DNA of 64,000 nucleotides from an uncultured Gemmatimonadales bacterium (GTDB taxonomy: Bacteria; Gemmatimonadota; Gemmatimonadetes; Gemmatimonadales; Gemmatimonadaceae). Position 1 is the stretch's first letter. Every line of letters starts with the position of its first letter. This document shows positions 22,466 to 31,587 of the stretch, one piece after another. The notes below the pieces were generated by a model. That model saw only the letters and a program-made list of their open reading frames with translations, was not told the origin of the DNA and searched no databases. The position numbers and the translations under genes were made by a program. Location: the NCBI GenBank assembly GCA_963707505.1, contig CAVPQB010000004.1, positions 800,001 to 864,000 on the forward strand. Direction: 5' to 3'.

Positions 22466-23750
22466 ACTCGACGGCCAGCGAATCGATCTTTCGTCCGTCC
22501 ATCTCACGCACGACGAAGGTCACATCGCCGCTGGCGAGTCTGTCGCCGGCCACCGGGAGACGACCGAGTGCGCCAAATACATAACCGCCGACCGTCGTGT
22601 AATCGTCTTCCGGGATCGACGTTCCGAACTCCTCGTTGAACTCCGAGATGCTCGTTGCTCCGGAGATGATCGTCTCGCCGTTGCTCGTCGTGCGCACGTC
22701 GACTTCCTCGCCCACGTCGTACTCGTCCAGAATCTCGCCAACTATCTCTTCCAGCAGATCTTCCATCGTCACGATCCCGGCCGTGCCGCCGTACTCGTCC
22801 AGCACGATCGCCATGTGCTCCTTGCGACGCTTGAAGTCGGCAAGAACATCCTCGACTTCGCGCGAGCCCGGTATGAAATACACCGGCCGCATCAGCGGAC
22901 GTAAGGTGAATTCGGCTGGACGATGTGCAAGAACCGGAATCAGATCCTTGGAAAGGATGATCCCGATGATGTCGTCGATCGTCTCCTCGTAAACCGGGTA
23001 GCGCGACAGGCCGCTCTCGCTCACGAGCTCGATGATGTCTTCCAGTGTCGCCGTTGCGTCGATCGCAACGATTTCCGTGCGCGGAGTCATCACCTCGCGC
23101 GCATTCTTCTCCGAGAATTCGAACACGGCGTCGAGCAGTGCCGCGTCGTGCTCCTCGATCGCGCCGCCCTCCTCGCTCTGCTCGACCAGCATGCGGAGCT
23201 CTTCGGGCGAGTGCACCGATTCAGCGGTCGGAACCGGACGCTGGCCGAGTATCCGCATCACGCGAACTGCAGACTTGTTGAGCAGCCAGGTGAACGGACG
23301 CATGATCCACGCGAACGCGAGTAGCGGTGGAGTGAGGTAGCGGGCCCAGCGCTCCGGTTGATTGAGCGCGAAGGTCTTGGGCGTGAGCTCACCGAACACG
23401 ACCGTCAGGTACGTCACGAATGCGAGCGCGATGACCGTCGCGATGGTCACGCGAGTGGCGACGTCGATCCCCAGTGGCAGGCGCGCGAACGACTCCGCGA
23501 ACGACTGCACCAGGAGCGACTCGGCGATCCATCCGAGCAGGAGACTCGTAAGGGTGACGCCAAGCTGGCTCGCCGAGAGCGCCGCGGAGAGATTGTTGGT
23601 GGCTTTGAGCGCAACGCGGGCCAGCCCGTCGCCGCCACGCGCCATCGCCTCCAGGCGCGTCTTTCGGGATCGGACCAGAGCAAACTCCGCGGCCACGAAA
23701 AAAGCGTTGATCAGGACCAGCCCGAGAACGGCCGCTATGCGTAGCAACAC
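22401..23750 (-). CDS. Hemolysin/CNNM family protein (DUF21-CBS-CorC)
   Basis: [46 protein letters not shown] and CorC C-terminus. Confidence 0.93.
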   Translation of the reverse strand: MLLRIAAVLGLVLINAFFVAAEFALVRSRKTRLEAMARGGDGLARVALKATNNLSAALSASQLGVTLTSLLLGWIAESLLVQSFAESFARLPLGIDVATRVTIATVIALAFVTYLTVVFGELTPKTFALNQPERWARYLTPPLLAFAWIMRPFTWLLNKSAVRVMRILGQRPVPTAESVHSPEELRMLVEQSEEGGAIEEHDAALLDAVFEFSEKNAREVMTPRTEIVAIDATATLEDIIELVSESGLSRYPVYEETIDDIIGIILSKDLIPVLAHRPAEFTLRPLMRPVYFIPGSREVEDVLADFKRRKEHMAIVLDEYGGTAGIVTMEDLLEEIVGEILDEYDVGEEVDVRTTSNGETIISGATSISEFNEEFGTSIPEDDYTTVGGYVFGALGRLPVAGDRLASGDVTFVVREMDGRKIDSLAVEFTAAKLAADAELSQRTAESPR

Positions 23751-23888
23751 CCTCGAAAGATAGTCGGCAGGGGCGACGGGGCCGATGCGTCGCCCCAACG
23801 GGCGTCGCCCGTACGCCGCGCACATCCGAGCCGTCTGGTCGGCACCCGACCCACGTTTGGATCACCCGACCCGTTAAATTTCAGGGCT

Positions 23889-25741
23889 ATGTCAGAAAGC
23901 AGCAAATCCGAAACATCGCCATCATCGCGCACGTCGATCACGGCAAGACTACGCTCGTGGACAAGATGCTCCGGCAGGCCGGCGCATTCCGCGATAATCA
24001 GGTCGTCGTCGAGCGCGTGATGGATTCCAATCCGCTCGAGCGCGAGCGCGGAATCACGATCCTGGCCAAGAACACGTCGGTGCGCTGGCACGGGACCAAG
24101 ATCAACATCGTCGACACGCCCGGCCACGCCGACTTCGGTGGCGAGGTCGAGCGCATTCTGCGCATGGTCGACGGCGTTCTGCTCGTCGTCGATGCGTTCG
24201 ACGGACCGATGCCGCAGACGCGCTTCGTGCTCGGCAAGGCGCTCGCGCTCGAGCCGCACGCCGATCGTCGTCATCAACAAGATCGATCGGCCCGGCGCCG
24301 ATCCGATGCGCGTGCACGACGAGGTGCTCGATCTCTTCATCGAGCTCGAGGCCGATGCGGCGCAGCTCGACGCGCCGGTCGTCTATGCGTCCGCGCGCGA
24401 AGGCGTCGCGACGATGGACATGGATGTGACGCCCGTCGATCTCTCACCGCTGTTCGAGACGATCGTCGACCACGTTCCGCGCGCCGCCGACGGATGCGAA
24501 CGGTCCGTTCCAGATGCTCATCTCGACGATCGATCACTCACCGTATCTCGGCCGCCTCGGCGATCGGGCGCATCGAGCGCGGCACGGTGAACGTCGGCGA
24601 CAGCGTGGCGCTGCTTGCCGATGGATACGACCGCAACGCCGAGCAGTCGCGCGTCACGCAAGCTGTTCACGTACGACGGACTCGATCGCATCGAGGTGAA
24701 CAGGCGTCGGCTGGCGACATCGTCGCGCTGGCGGGACTCGAAGGCGTCGAGATCGGACTCACCGTCACCGACGTCGAACACTCCCGAGCGACTTGCGGGC
24801 ATTTCCGTCGAGGAGCCGACCATCTCGGTCGACTTCCTCGTCAACAATTCGCCGTTCGCCGGCAAGGAAGGGAAGTTCGTCACGTCGCGCCAGCTGCGCG
24901 AGCGGCTGTACAAGGAGCTCGAGCGCAACGTCGCGCTGCGGGTCGAGGACACCGAGTCCACCGACACGTGGACCGTGTCCGGTCGCGGCGAGCTGCATCT
25001 CACGATTCTGATGGAGACGATGCGGCGCGAGGGTTACGAGTTTCAGGTTTCGCGTCCGCGAGTGATCACGCGCGAGGGTCCGAACGGCGAGCGGCTCGAG
25101 CCGTACGAGGAGCTTGCCATCGACGTGCCCGAGGAGTTCCTCGGCGCCGTGATCGAGAAGCTCGGACCGCGCCGCGGCGAGATGCTCGAGATGAAGAACC
25201 CCGGGCAGGGAATGATGCGTCTGACTGTACCGAATTCCGGCGCGCGGACTGTTCGGCTATCGCTCGGAGTTTCTGACCGACACTCGCGGCACGGGCATCA
25301 TGCACCATCGGTTTCTGGAGTACGGACCGTGGGCGGGTCCGCTGGCCGGGCGTATGCGTGGAACGCTGGTCTCGATGGAGGGCGGCGTGATCGTTGCATT
25401 CGCGCTTGCAAATCTCGCGGAGCGGGCTACCCTATTCGTTTCGCCAGGCGATCCGGTTTACGAGGGGATGATGGTCGGCGAGAATTCACGGCCGGGTGAC
25501 ATGGACGTCAACCCGACCAGGGAAAAGAAGCTGACCAACATGCGATCCAAGTCGACCGACGAGAACATCCAGCTCGAGCCACCGCGGGTAGTTGACGCTG
25601 GAAAGTGCGCTGGAGTATATCGAGGAGGACGAGCTGATCGAGGTGACGCCGCGGTCGATCCGTCTGCGGAAGCGTCATCTCAGCGCGAACGATCGAAAGA
25701 AGATGTCGCGTGAGGCAAAACGTGAGCGTGCCGCCGGTTGA
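23889..25741 (+). CDS. typA: Translational GTPase TypA/BipA (many single-base frameshifts, probably sequence error)
   Basis: [40 protein letters not shown] and [13 protein letters not shown]...RLRK pieces are spread over the three frames in correct order. Confidence 0.95.
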
Positions 25742-25882
25742 CGTGACCGGCGGAACTCACCCGTTTTCCGGGTTGCACGTTTGTTGCACGACCGCTGCGC
25801 TTCTGTGTGACAGGTATTGACTTCGCGAGTGGCTGCTCGATTAACTTCCCGTGAACCCCGTGTAATTCAGATGGAGAAGGAA

Positions 25883-26227
25883 ATGCTGTTGGATGATCTC
25901 GACGTGCCCGGCATGATTGGCATGCGCACCGATTTCGCTGGCTATGACCTGGCGAGACCGTTCGAGGAAGACCCGGAGGACGAGGGTCCGCCGAACGCGT
26001 TCGACGACGACGAAGACGACGCTGATGACTTCGACGACGACCTGGATGACGACGACGACGATGACGAGGATGATGATGAGCTCGACATCGACGAAGATGA
26101 TGACGAGGACGAGGTAGACGACGACTTCGATGATGATGACGAAGACGACGATGAAGACCTCGATGATGATCTGGACGAGGACGCTGACATCGACGATGTG
26201 GACGACGGCGAGGACGCCGATCTCTAG
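25883..26227 (+). CDS. Highly acidic low-complexity (Asp/Glu-rich) small protein
   Basis: SD-like GGAGAAGG before the ATG, a consistent GAC/GAT/GAG codon frame, and a terminator downstream. Confidence 0.75.
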   Translation: MLLDDLDVPGMIGMRTDFAGYDLARPFEEDPEDEGPPNAFDDDEDDADDFDDDLDDDDDDDEDDDELDIDEDDDEDEVDDDFDDDDEDDDEDLDDDLDEDADIDDVDDGEDADL

Positions 26228-26272
26228 AGTCGTGCCGGCGTGAGCCGGCGCTTCGCTCCGCTCAATAATTCG

Positions 26273-26308
26273 CAAAAAGGGCGGCCCGTGACAGGGCCGC
26301 CCTTTTTG
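26273..26308. terminator. Bidirectional intrinsic terminator
   Basis: CAAAAAGGGCGGCCC-gtgaca-GGGCCGCCCTTTTTG perfect 15-bp stem between convergent genes. Confidence 0.9.
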
Positions 26309-26325
26309 TCTGCGCGCGATTCGCG

Positions 26326-26562
26326 CTAGCGTTTCTTCAGTGCGGGTCGCGGAGTGCGTCCGAATACTTCTGCGACCGACCGGCCGATCATGGCAGAGAT
26401 GGCCTCTTCCAGCCGCGCACTGCCGACGCGCTCACCGCCGATGACGAGGGTGAGGTGGTTGTAGGAGACCCCAAGTTCCGCGGCGGCCTCCGCCATGGTC
26501 AGCTCGCGGAGCGTCACCGCGGCCCTCAACGCCGCCTTGCGTTCGAGTGGCGTCATAGCCAT
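26326..26562 (-). CDS. Small Cro/Ner-like HTH protein
   Basis: LTMAEAAAELGVSYNHLTLVIGGER HTH; IGRSVAEVF tail typical of Ner/Cro-like proteins. Confidence 0.8.
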   Translation of the reverse strand: MAMTPLERKAALRAAVTLRELTMAEAAAELGVSYNHLTLVIGGERVGSARLEEAISAMIGRSVAEVFGRTPRPALKKR

Positions 26563-26585
26563 TCTTGGCTACCAATACGTTGCAT

Positions 26586-26667
26586 TTCTAACGGTTAGAA
26601 GTATCACGCCTCATGCGGTGTGGAATATGATACGCGGGCGTAGCAAGTCAAGCAATCTATGATACGC
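26586..26667. promoter_or_regulatory. Divergent control region with candidate operators
   Basis: Palindrome TTCTAAC-G-GTTAGAA (26586-26600); direct repeat TATGATACGC (26626-26635, 26658-26667); minus-strand TTGACT-N16-CATATT (26651-26624). Confidence 0.55.
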
Positions 26668-27207
26668 AGTCGGATCAGGCGCAGGGTCTCGCTCGGGGAT
26701 CGGGTGAAATCTGCGAGGGAAGGCCTTCGCGTCGGCGGTCAGAAGGTGACGCAGGGCGATCTGGCGAAGGCTGTGGGCGTAAACCGGAACACCGTTAGCC
26801 GGTGGGAGAACGGAGCGATGGCGCCGAGCGATCCGGCGGTGCTCGCGTCATTGGCGGGCGCGCTGGAGGTATCGGTCGAGTGGCTGATCAGTGGCGACGC
26901 TGCGGCGGTTCCGGCCGGCAAGGCGGAGCTGCACGAGAGCTCGGGACGCCGGTACCTGGATCCGGCGACCGCCGAGCTTCCTGAGCGGGCAAGGTCGGTC
27001 GCGCTGGGCTACCTTGACCGGTTGCGGGCATGTGGTTGCACGCAGGATCAGCGGCGAGGCGCAGAATCCCTGTTGTTGGCCGGTGCGCGCAATGCGGTTT
27101 CGTCGACTCCATTCCACGAGCGCGATGATGCGGACGTATGCGCAGACGTCGATGCCGCGTGGGACGGGGTGGTGCGAATCCTGAGGCGCGAGGGGAAGCG
27201 TCCGTAG
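26659..27207 (+). CDS. XRE/cI-like HTH transcriptional regulator with unknown C-terminal domain
   Basis: LGDRVKSARE...TQGDLAKAVGVNRNTVSRWENG...LAGALEVSVEWLISG HTH_3 domain. Confidence 0.88.
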   Translation: MIRSRIRRRVSLGDRVKSAREGLRVGGQKVTQGDLAKAVGVNRNTVSRWENGAMAPSDPAVLASLAGALEVSVEWLISGDAAAVPAGKAELHESSGRRYLDPATAELPERARSVALGYLDRLRACGCTQDQRRGAESLLLAGARNAVSSTPFHERDDADVCADVDAAWDGVVRILRREGKRP

Positions 27208-27239
27208 CGGATTACGGAGTGCGGATGCGGCGCAGTCGC

Positions 27240-27268
27240 TTGCTCGGGGGTGTGGGCTCTTTTATCTT
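27240..27268 (+). promoter_or_regulatory. Putative sigma70 promoter of tRNA-Ile
   Basis: TTGCTC-N17-TATCTT about 50 bp upstream of the tRNA. Confidence 0.5.
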
Positions 27269-27321
27269 CAAGGGCTCCCGGTCGCTTTCCGCGTCGCTGT
27301 TCGAGGCGGAAGATGGATCGA

Positions 27322-27395
<74 letters not shown>

Positions 27396-27402
27396 TGTAC
27401 AC

Positions 27403-27450
27403 AACCATGGCCATGTCGACAGTACGACATGGCCATGGTTTTTTTGTTTT
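27403..27450 (+). terminator. Intrinsic terminator after tRNA-Ile
   Basis: 16-bp perfect stem AACCATGGCCATGTCG/CGACATGGCCATGGTT followed by a T tract. Confidence 0.9.
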
Positions 27451-27542
27451 CGCGGCGCGGCGACTTGGCGCGGCGACTTATGGAACAACGCGCTGTCGCA
27501 AACGTCTTAACAGATCCACAATCCGGCCAGTCAACCCAATTC

Positions 27543-28142
27543 ATGACAAGACTCCTCACTGCAGTTCTTTTCCTCGCAGGCGCAGCCACACCCGGACTTG
27601 CGATGGCGCAAGGCAGTCGCGGCGGATTCGGTGGTGGACGAGGACGCGGCGGGCGCAGCCAGGGTGACACCACTGCGACCGGCGCACCACGACCTCAAAT
27701 GAGTTTCGCGGAGATCGTCTTCGCGCATCGGTCCGATCTTCAGCTCGCGGATTCGCAGACAACCAGGGTGAGCGAGATCCGCATGCGGGCGATGAGCAGG
27801 CGCGTCACGCTCTCCGCTACGCTGGACTCCGTGAAGGCGATCATGGCGATGAATCCATCCAACATCGCGACTCCAACCTCCGACTCGTCACGCAAGGAGA
27901 TGGCAGCCCAGCGCCGCGAGCTTGCATCGGTACTCGGCGATCTTCACGATGTGGATGTGACCGCGCGCAACGCGACGCTGCTTGTACTCAATCCCGATCA
28001 ACAGAAGAAGGCCGAGCAATTGGAAGAGCAGGCAGATGCGCCAGTTGCGCCAGGCAACGGGGCCGGACGCGGAGCGGGTGGCGGCGGCCGCCGTGGCGGG
28101 GGACGGCCCGGCGGCGGAATGGGCGGAATGGGTAATCCGTGA
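27543..28142 (+). CDS. Exported Spy/CpxP-like helical protein with Gly/Arg-rich termini
   Basis: Signal peptide, LQLADSQ and VLNPDQQKKA (LTxxQ-like) motifs. Confidence 0.6.
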   Translation: MTRLLTAVLFLAGAATPGLAMAQGSRGGFGGGRGRGGRSQGDTTATGAPRPQMSFAEIVFAHRSDLQLADSQTTRVSEIRMRAMSRRVTLSATLDSVKAIMAMNPSNIATPTSDSSRKEMAAQRRELASVLGDLHDVDVTARNATLLVLNPDQQKKAEQLEEQADAPVAPGNGAGRGAGGGGRRGGGRPGGGMGGMGNP

Positions 28143-28473
28143 CCGCTCGCGCGACAGCACTGGCAAACCCCGCCGTCTGACACGGTGAACGCAGGGCTAT
28201 GGGTTCGCGGATGTGCCAAACGCCCGCGCTTTGCGGCCGGATGCCTTTTCACGCCGCGCCGACGGGATGACACCGATTCCACAAATGGCAAACCCATGCC
28301 ATACGTGAACGATTGCAGCAATTTGGTGGCGACGTTACCGAGGTAATGATGCCGCGCAGTAATTCACGGAATCCATAAGTTCGCGTCGTAGTCCAACCGT
28401 AACGCGATCTACACGCGTCCCAGCCGCAACAACGCAATTGCGAGCACAACAGCGAGCATCGTGCAGCTGGCTG

Positions 28474-29367
28474 CTATTCTGCGACCGGCGGGTGCAGCAT
28501 CGTTACGAGCTCGCGCACAGTTGCCGGCGTGCGCGGTCCGAAGTACAGCAGCTCCTGCTCGCTGATTCGATAGATGCGCTTGTTCTTGCCGGCGGGTGTG
28601 AGATTCACACCCGGCAGCGCCGCGAACTTGTCGGCACTGCCCATGCGGTCGAACCCGACATCCGTCGCGATGATGACATCGGGCGCGAGCTGGGCGATGA
28701 GTTCCGGGGTGAGCCGCGTCATGGACCGCGTCGAGTCGATCGCATTCGCGGCGCCGGCCCAGCGCAGCATCTGAGTCGCAGGGCCTTCTCCGCCCACGGC
28801 GAGATAACTGTTACCGATCTGGCCGAAGTGCATGATGAGTACGCGCGGATGTGGCTTGCCGGTCCACTGCGCCGTGTCCTTCCAGACCGAATCCATTCCG
28901 ACGCGCCACTGCGCGATGACGCTGTCCGCAGCCTTCTCACGATGGAACTGCTTGCCGAGTTGCGTCATCAGTATCTGCGCGCTGTCGAGCGATTCGCCCG
29001 GCTTGATGACGAGCATCGGTATGCCGACCTTCTTCAGCTGATCGAGCACGGCGTCAGGTCCCACATTTCCGTCCGTAAGAAACAGCGTTGGCTTCATCGA
29101 TATGATGCCCTCGGCGCTCAACGCGCGATGGTAACCGACCGACGGAAGCGACCTGATTGCGGGAGGATAGATCGACGTGAGATCTCTGGCTACGAGATTG
29201 TCCTGCGCCCCGATCTCGTACATGAACTCGTTGATCTGTTTGGAGACGCCGACAACGCGATTGGGATTGCCGCTACTGTCGGATCTTCCGCATGCGGCGA
29301 TCGCGAGCGCGATGGCCGCCGCGGTTGCGATTCGCCCGGGATTGAACGAGGGAGCTGTCCGAAACAT
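28474..29367 (-). CDS. Heme ABC transporter substrate-binding lipoprotein (HmuT/PhuT-like)
   Basis: Lipobox IAAC, ARDLTSIYP, VGYHRALSAEGIISMKP (Tyr ligand position) and FGPRT motifs. Confidence 0.85.
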   Translation of the reverse strand: MFRTAPSFNPGRIATAAAIALAIAACGRSDSSGNPNRVVGVSKQINEFMYEIGAQDNLVARDLTSIYPPAIRSLPSVGYHRALSAEGIISMKPTLFLTDGNVGPDAVLDQLKKVGIPMLVIKPGESLDSAQILMTQLGKQFHREKAADSVIAQWRVGMDSVWKDTAQWTGKPHPRVLIMHFGQIGNSYLAVGGEGPATQMLRWAGAANAIDSTRSMTRLTPELIAQLAPDVIIATDVGFDRMGSADKFAALPGVNLTPAGKNKRIYRISEQELLYFGPRTPATVRELVTMLHPPVAE

Positions 29368-29532
29368 GTATGTGACGCATTGGCGTGTACTTGAGGATTG
29401 GCGACATCCCCGTCTGTCGCGGTGGCGGCCGGAGTCGCGCAACTAAGATTACGCTAAGGCCGATTACTCCGTTGCGCGCCGACTTGGCTCTTAGCAACTT
29501 CTTGCTAGGAGTACCAATTCCCTTCATGGAGA

Positions 29533-30095
29533 ATGGCTATGCGGCTCATATCACGCTCGTTCGCGATGGCGGCGGCAATCGCGATGGCATCGGCACTCAG
29601 TGTCGGTGCGGCAGGTGCACAGGGAACGGCTACAACGTGCAAGGACGGAACCACGAGCGCGACGTCTGGTCGCGGTGCATGTTCCGGACACGGCGGCGTG
29701 GCAAAGGCCGCCAGCGCGGCAAAGGCGCCGAAGGCTAGCAAGGCTGCAGGCGGCAACGGCGGCAGCGCCGGCCAAGGCTGCGACGAGCGCCGCCATGGTT
29801 ACATGCACTGATGGAACGATGTCGAAGGGCGGCCGCGGCGCATGCTCTGGTCATGGCGGTGTAAAGACGTCGGCAGCAGCAGCGGCTGCGGTTACCCCTG
29901 CGGCAGCGGCAACAGCCAAGCCCGCCAAGGCGGCCAAGGCTTCGACCGCGTCCAAGGCAACGGTCGGATCGGGCGCCAAGGAAGACAACAATCCGGTCGG
30001 TGCGATCGCCAAGTGCAAGGATGGTCTCTACTCGCACGCTACTCATCGCCAGGGCGCTTGCAGCCGGTCACGGCGGGGTCGCCAGCTGGACCTGA
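29533..30095 (+). CDS. Exported protein with three DUF3761-like CxDG...GACSxHGG repeats (frameshifts at ~29750 and ~30064)
   Basis: Signal peptide, then CKDGTTS..GRGACSGHGG, CTDGTMS..GRGACSGHGG and CKDGLYS..RQGACS(G)HGG joined by Ala/Lys linkers. Confidence 0.75.
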
Positions 30096-30118
30096 CGGTA
30101 GCAATCGATTCATAGTGC

Positions 30119-30152
30119 TCGGGGGCGATCGACAAACATCGATCGCCCCCGA
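30119..30152 (+). terminator. Hairpin/terminator after the DUF3761 gene
   Basis: TCGGGGGCGATCGA-caaaca-TCGATCGCCCCCGA followed by TTGCTTT. Confidence 0.7.
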
Positions 30153-30262
30153 TTGCTTTCCGGGAACACGCCACGCCGCGGTTTTGCGGGGTATCTTTCA
30201 CGGTGCGACTGCCGGTTTTGTCAGGCGCTCCAGGTCGCTGGCTAACGCGGGAGGGGAAGCCC

Positions 30263-31027
30263 ATGTCCGACTTCTATCGACGCCGACGCGTAGTAATCAA
30301 GGACGCGACTGCGCTGCTCACGTTCTTCCTCGGCTTCGTCTGGTCGGGCGCGTTCGCGTGGCCGTTTCTGGCCGACCAGGTGGATCAGGGCGACATGATC
30401 CGCGGACTCGCGTACTTCCTCTCGCTCGTGCTGGGCACCGGCATCGTCATGGGACTCATCGGCCTCGAGGCTGGTAATCTCCTTGGCGGAGTGTGGGAGC
30501 GATATCACAAACATCATCGCGACCATCGTGAATTTGCGGTCGCCGCCGGAACTCCAGCGCTCGCGTGGGCTGGGCCGATGGGAATCGCGCCAGTGCGCAG
30601 GGCTTCGACAGCTGGCGCACCCGCGCCGCGCGACCTCAGCAACGTTTACTACGACGAAGCAGGCGTGTACGCCGCTTCGTTCATACCGCTGGCGGAACGC
30701 GTGCGCCCGGTTCGCTACGAAATGGCGAAAGCGCGCGAGGCGCTCGCCAGGACGACAAACATCGGTGCGTGGGACGGCGGCCGCCTTGTTGGAGCCGTGC
30801 GCCTGCTCAGCGACGGCTACACGTTCAGCGTGATCGCCGATATCCTGGTCGATCCCGACTACCAGCGTCTCGGCATCGGGCGTGATCTCATGGCGCGCGC
30901 GCTCGCCGTCGCGCCCGACGCGCGCGTGTTGATCGAGGCACAGCCGGATTGCATCGGCTTTTTCGAGCGCATAGGATGCGTGCGCGGACCGACCGGGTTC
31001 ACTCTTACCGCGTCCGCATCGCGATGA
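30263..31027 (+). CDS. Two-TM membrane domain fused to a GNAT acetyltransferase
   Basis: SD GGAGG; hydrophobic N-terminal half; LVGAVRLLSDG...VDPDYQRLGIGRDLM...FFERIG GNAT motifs. Confidence 0.75.
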   Translation: MSDFYRRRRVVIKDATALLTFFLGFVWSGAFAWPFLADQVDQGDMIRGLAYFLSLVLGTGIVMGLIGLEAGNLLGGVWERYHKHHRDHREFAVAAGTPALAWAGPMGIAPVRRASTAGAPAPRDLSNVYYDEAGVYAASFIPLAERVRPVRYEMAKAREALARTTNIGAWDGGRLVGAVRLLSDGYTFSVIADILVDPDYQRLGIGRDLMARALAVAPDARVLIEAQPDCIGFFERIGCVRGPTGFTLTASASR

Positions 31028-31143
31028 GCGGGCGCGTACGAAAGGACTTCGCTGCATCGTTCCTGACCGGGCGGTTTCTGGTTCCGTCGGGGATAGCGAT
31101 CCTGCTGATCGCGATCGTCGTCTGGCTGCTACGAGGCCGCTGA
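31024..31143 (+). CDS. 39-aa single-TM small protein
   Basis: ATGA overlap with the upstream stop; MSGRVRKDFAASFLTGRFLVPSGIAILLIAIVVWLLRGR. Confidence 0.5.
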   Translation: MSGRVRKDFAASFLTGRFLVPSGIAILLIAIVVWLLRGR

Positions 31144-31309
31144 TCGAAGCTGGATTTCCGGTCTGGGCGGCTCGTTTCCGCCCGAACGCTCGCGGCAACG
31201 CCGGAGCAGCCGAAACTGGGGATAGTGCGACTCGCCGACTGCGGTGATACTATACGTGCTCGGTGGCTCTCCACTGGAAGGTGCTTCCTCCCACCTGATC
31301 GGGACAACT

Positions 31310-31561
31310 GTGAACGAGTCAATTCAATTGACAGAGATTGACGAGGAGACGTACGGGTTGCGAGAAGTCGATCCGGAGCATGAACCGGAGGGTCCGCCGG
31401 CGCGCAAGCGTGCGGACTCCAGCGTCAAATTGTACGTCGCGTTGTGGTTGCCCGGCGCGGGCGCACTTCTCGCGTACGCGGTGACGCGTGGCAGCTTCTG
31501 GGCTGGATTCGTCGGAATAGAGTTGTTGCTGGTTGGACTGTACACTCTCGCAAAATTGTAA
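31310..31561 (+). CDS. Small membrane protein (acidic N-terminus, two C-terminal TM helices)
   Basis: ORF with a hydrophobic hairpin; start codon uncertain. Confidence 0.5.
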   Translation: MNESIQLTEIDEETYGLREVDPEHEPEGPPARKRADSSVKLYVALWLPGAGALLAYAVTRGSFWAGFVGIELLLVGLYTLAKL

Positions 31562-31587
31562 GTGCTCAAAGCCCGGGTACGTCAGGG

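Noticed and set aside
25841..26275. Antisense poly-Ser and poly-Val/Ile ORFs over the acidic gene
   Set aside because: These are shadow frames of the GAC/GAT run. Only the plus-strand Asp/Glu frame has an SD and its own terminator.
28161..28295. c-di-GMP-I riboswitch-like GGCAAACC...ACGCAGGGCTATGGG and a repeated TGGCAAACCC 10-mer
   Set aside because: There is no GNRA tetraloop/receptor pair and no downstream plus-strand gene (the region lies between convergent genes). An Infernal search with the Rfam c-di-GMP-I model would settle it.
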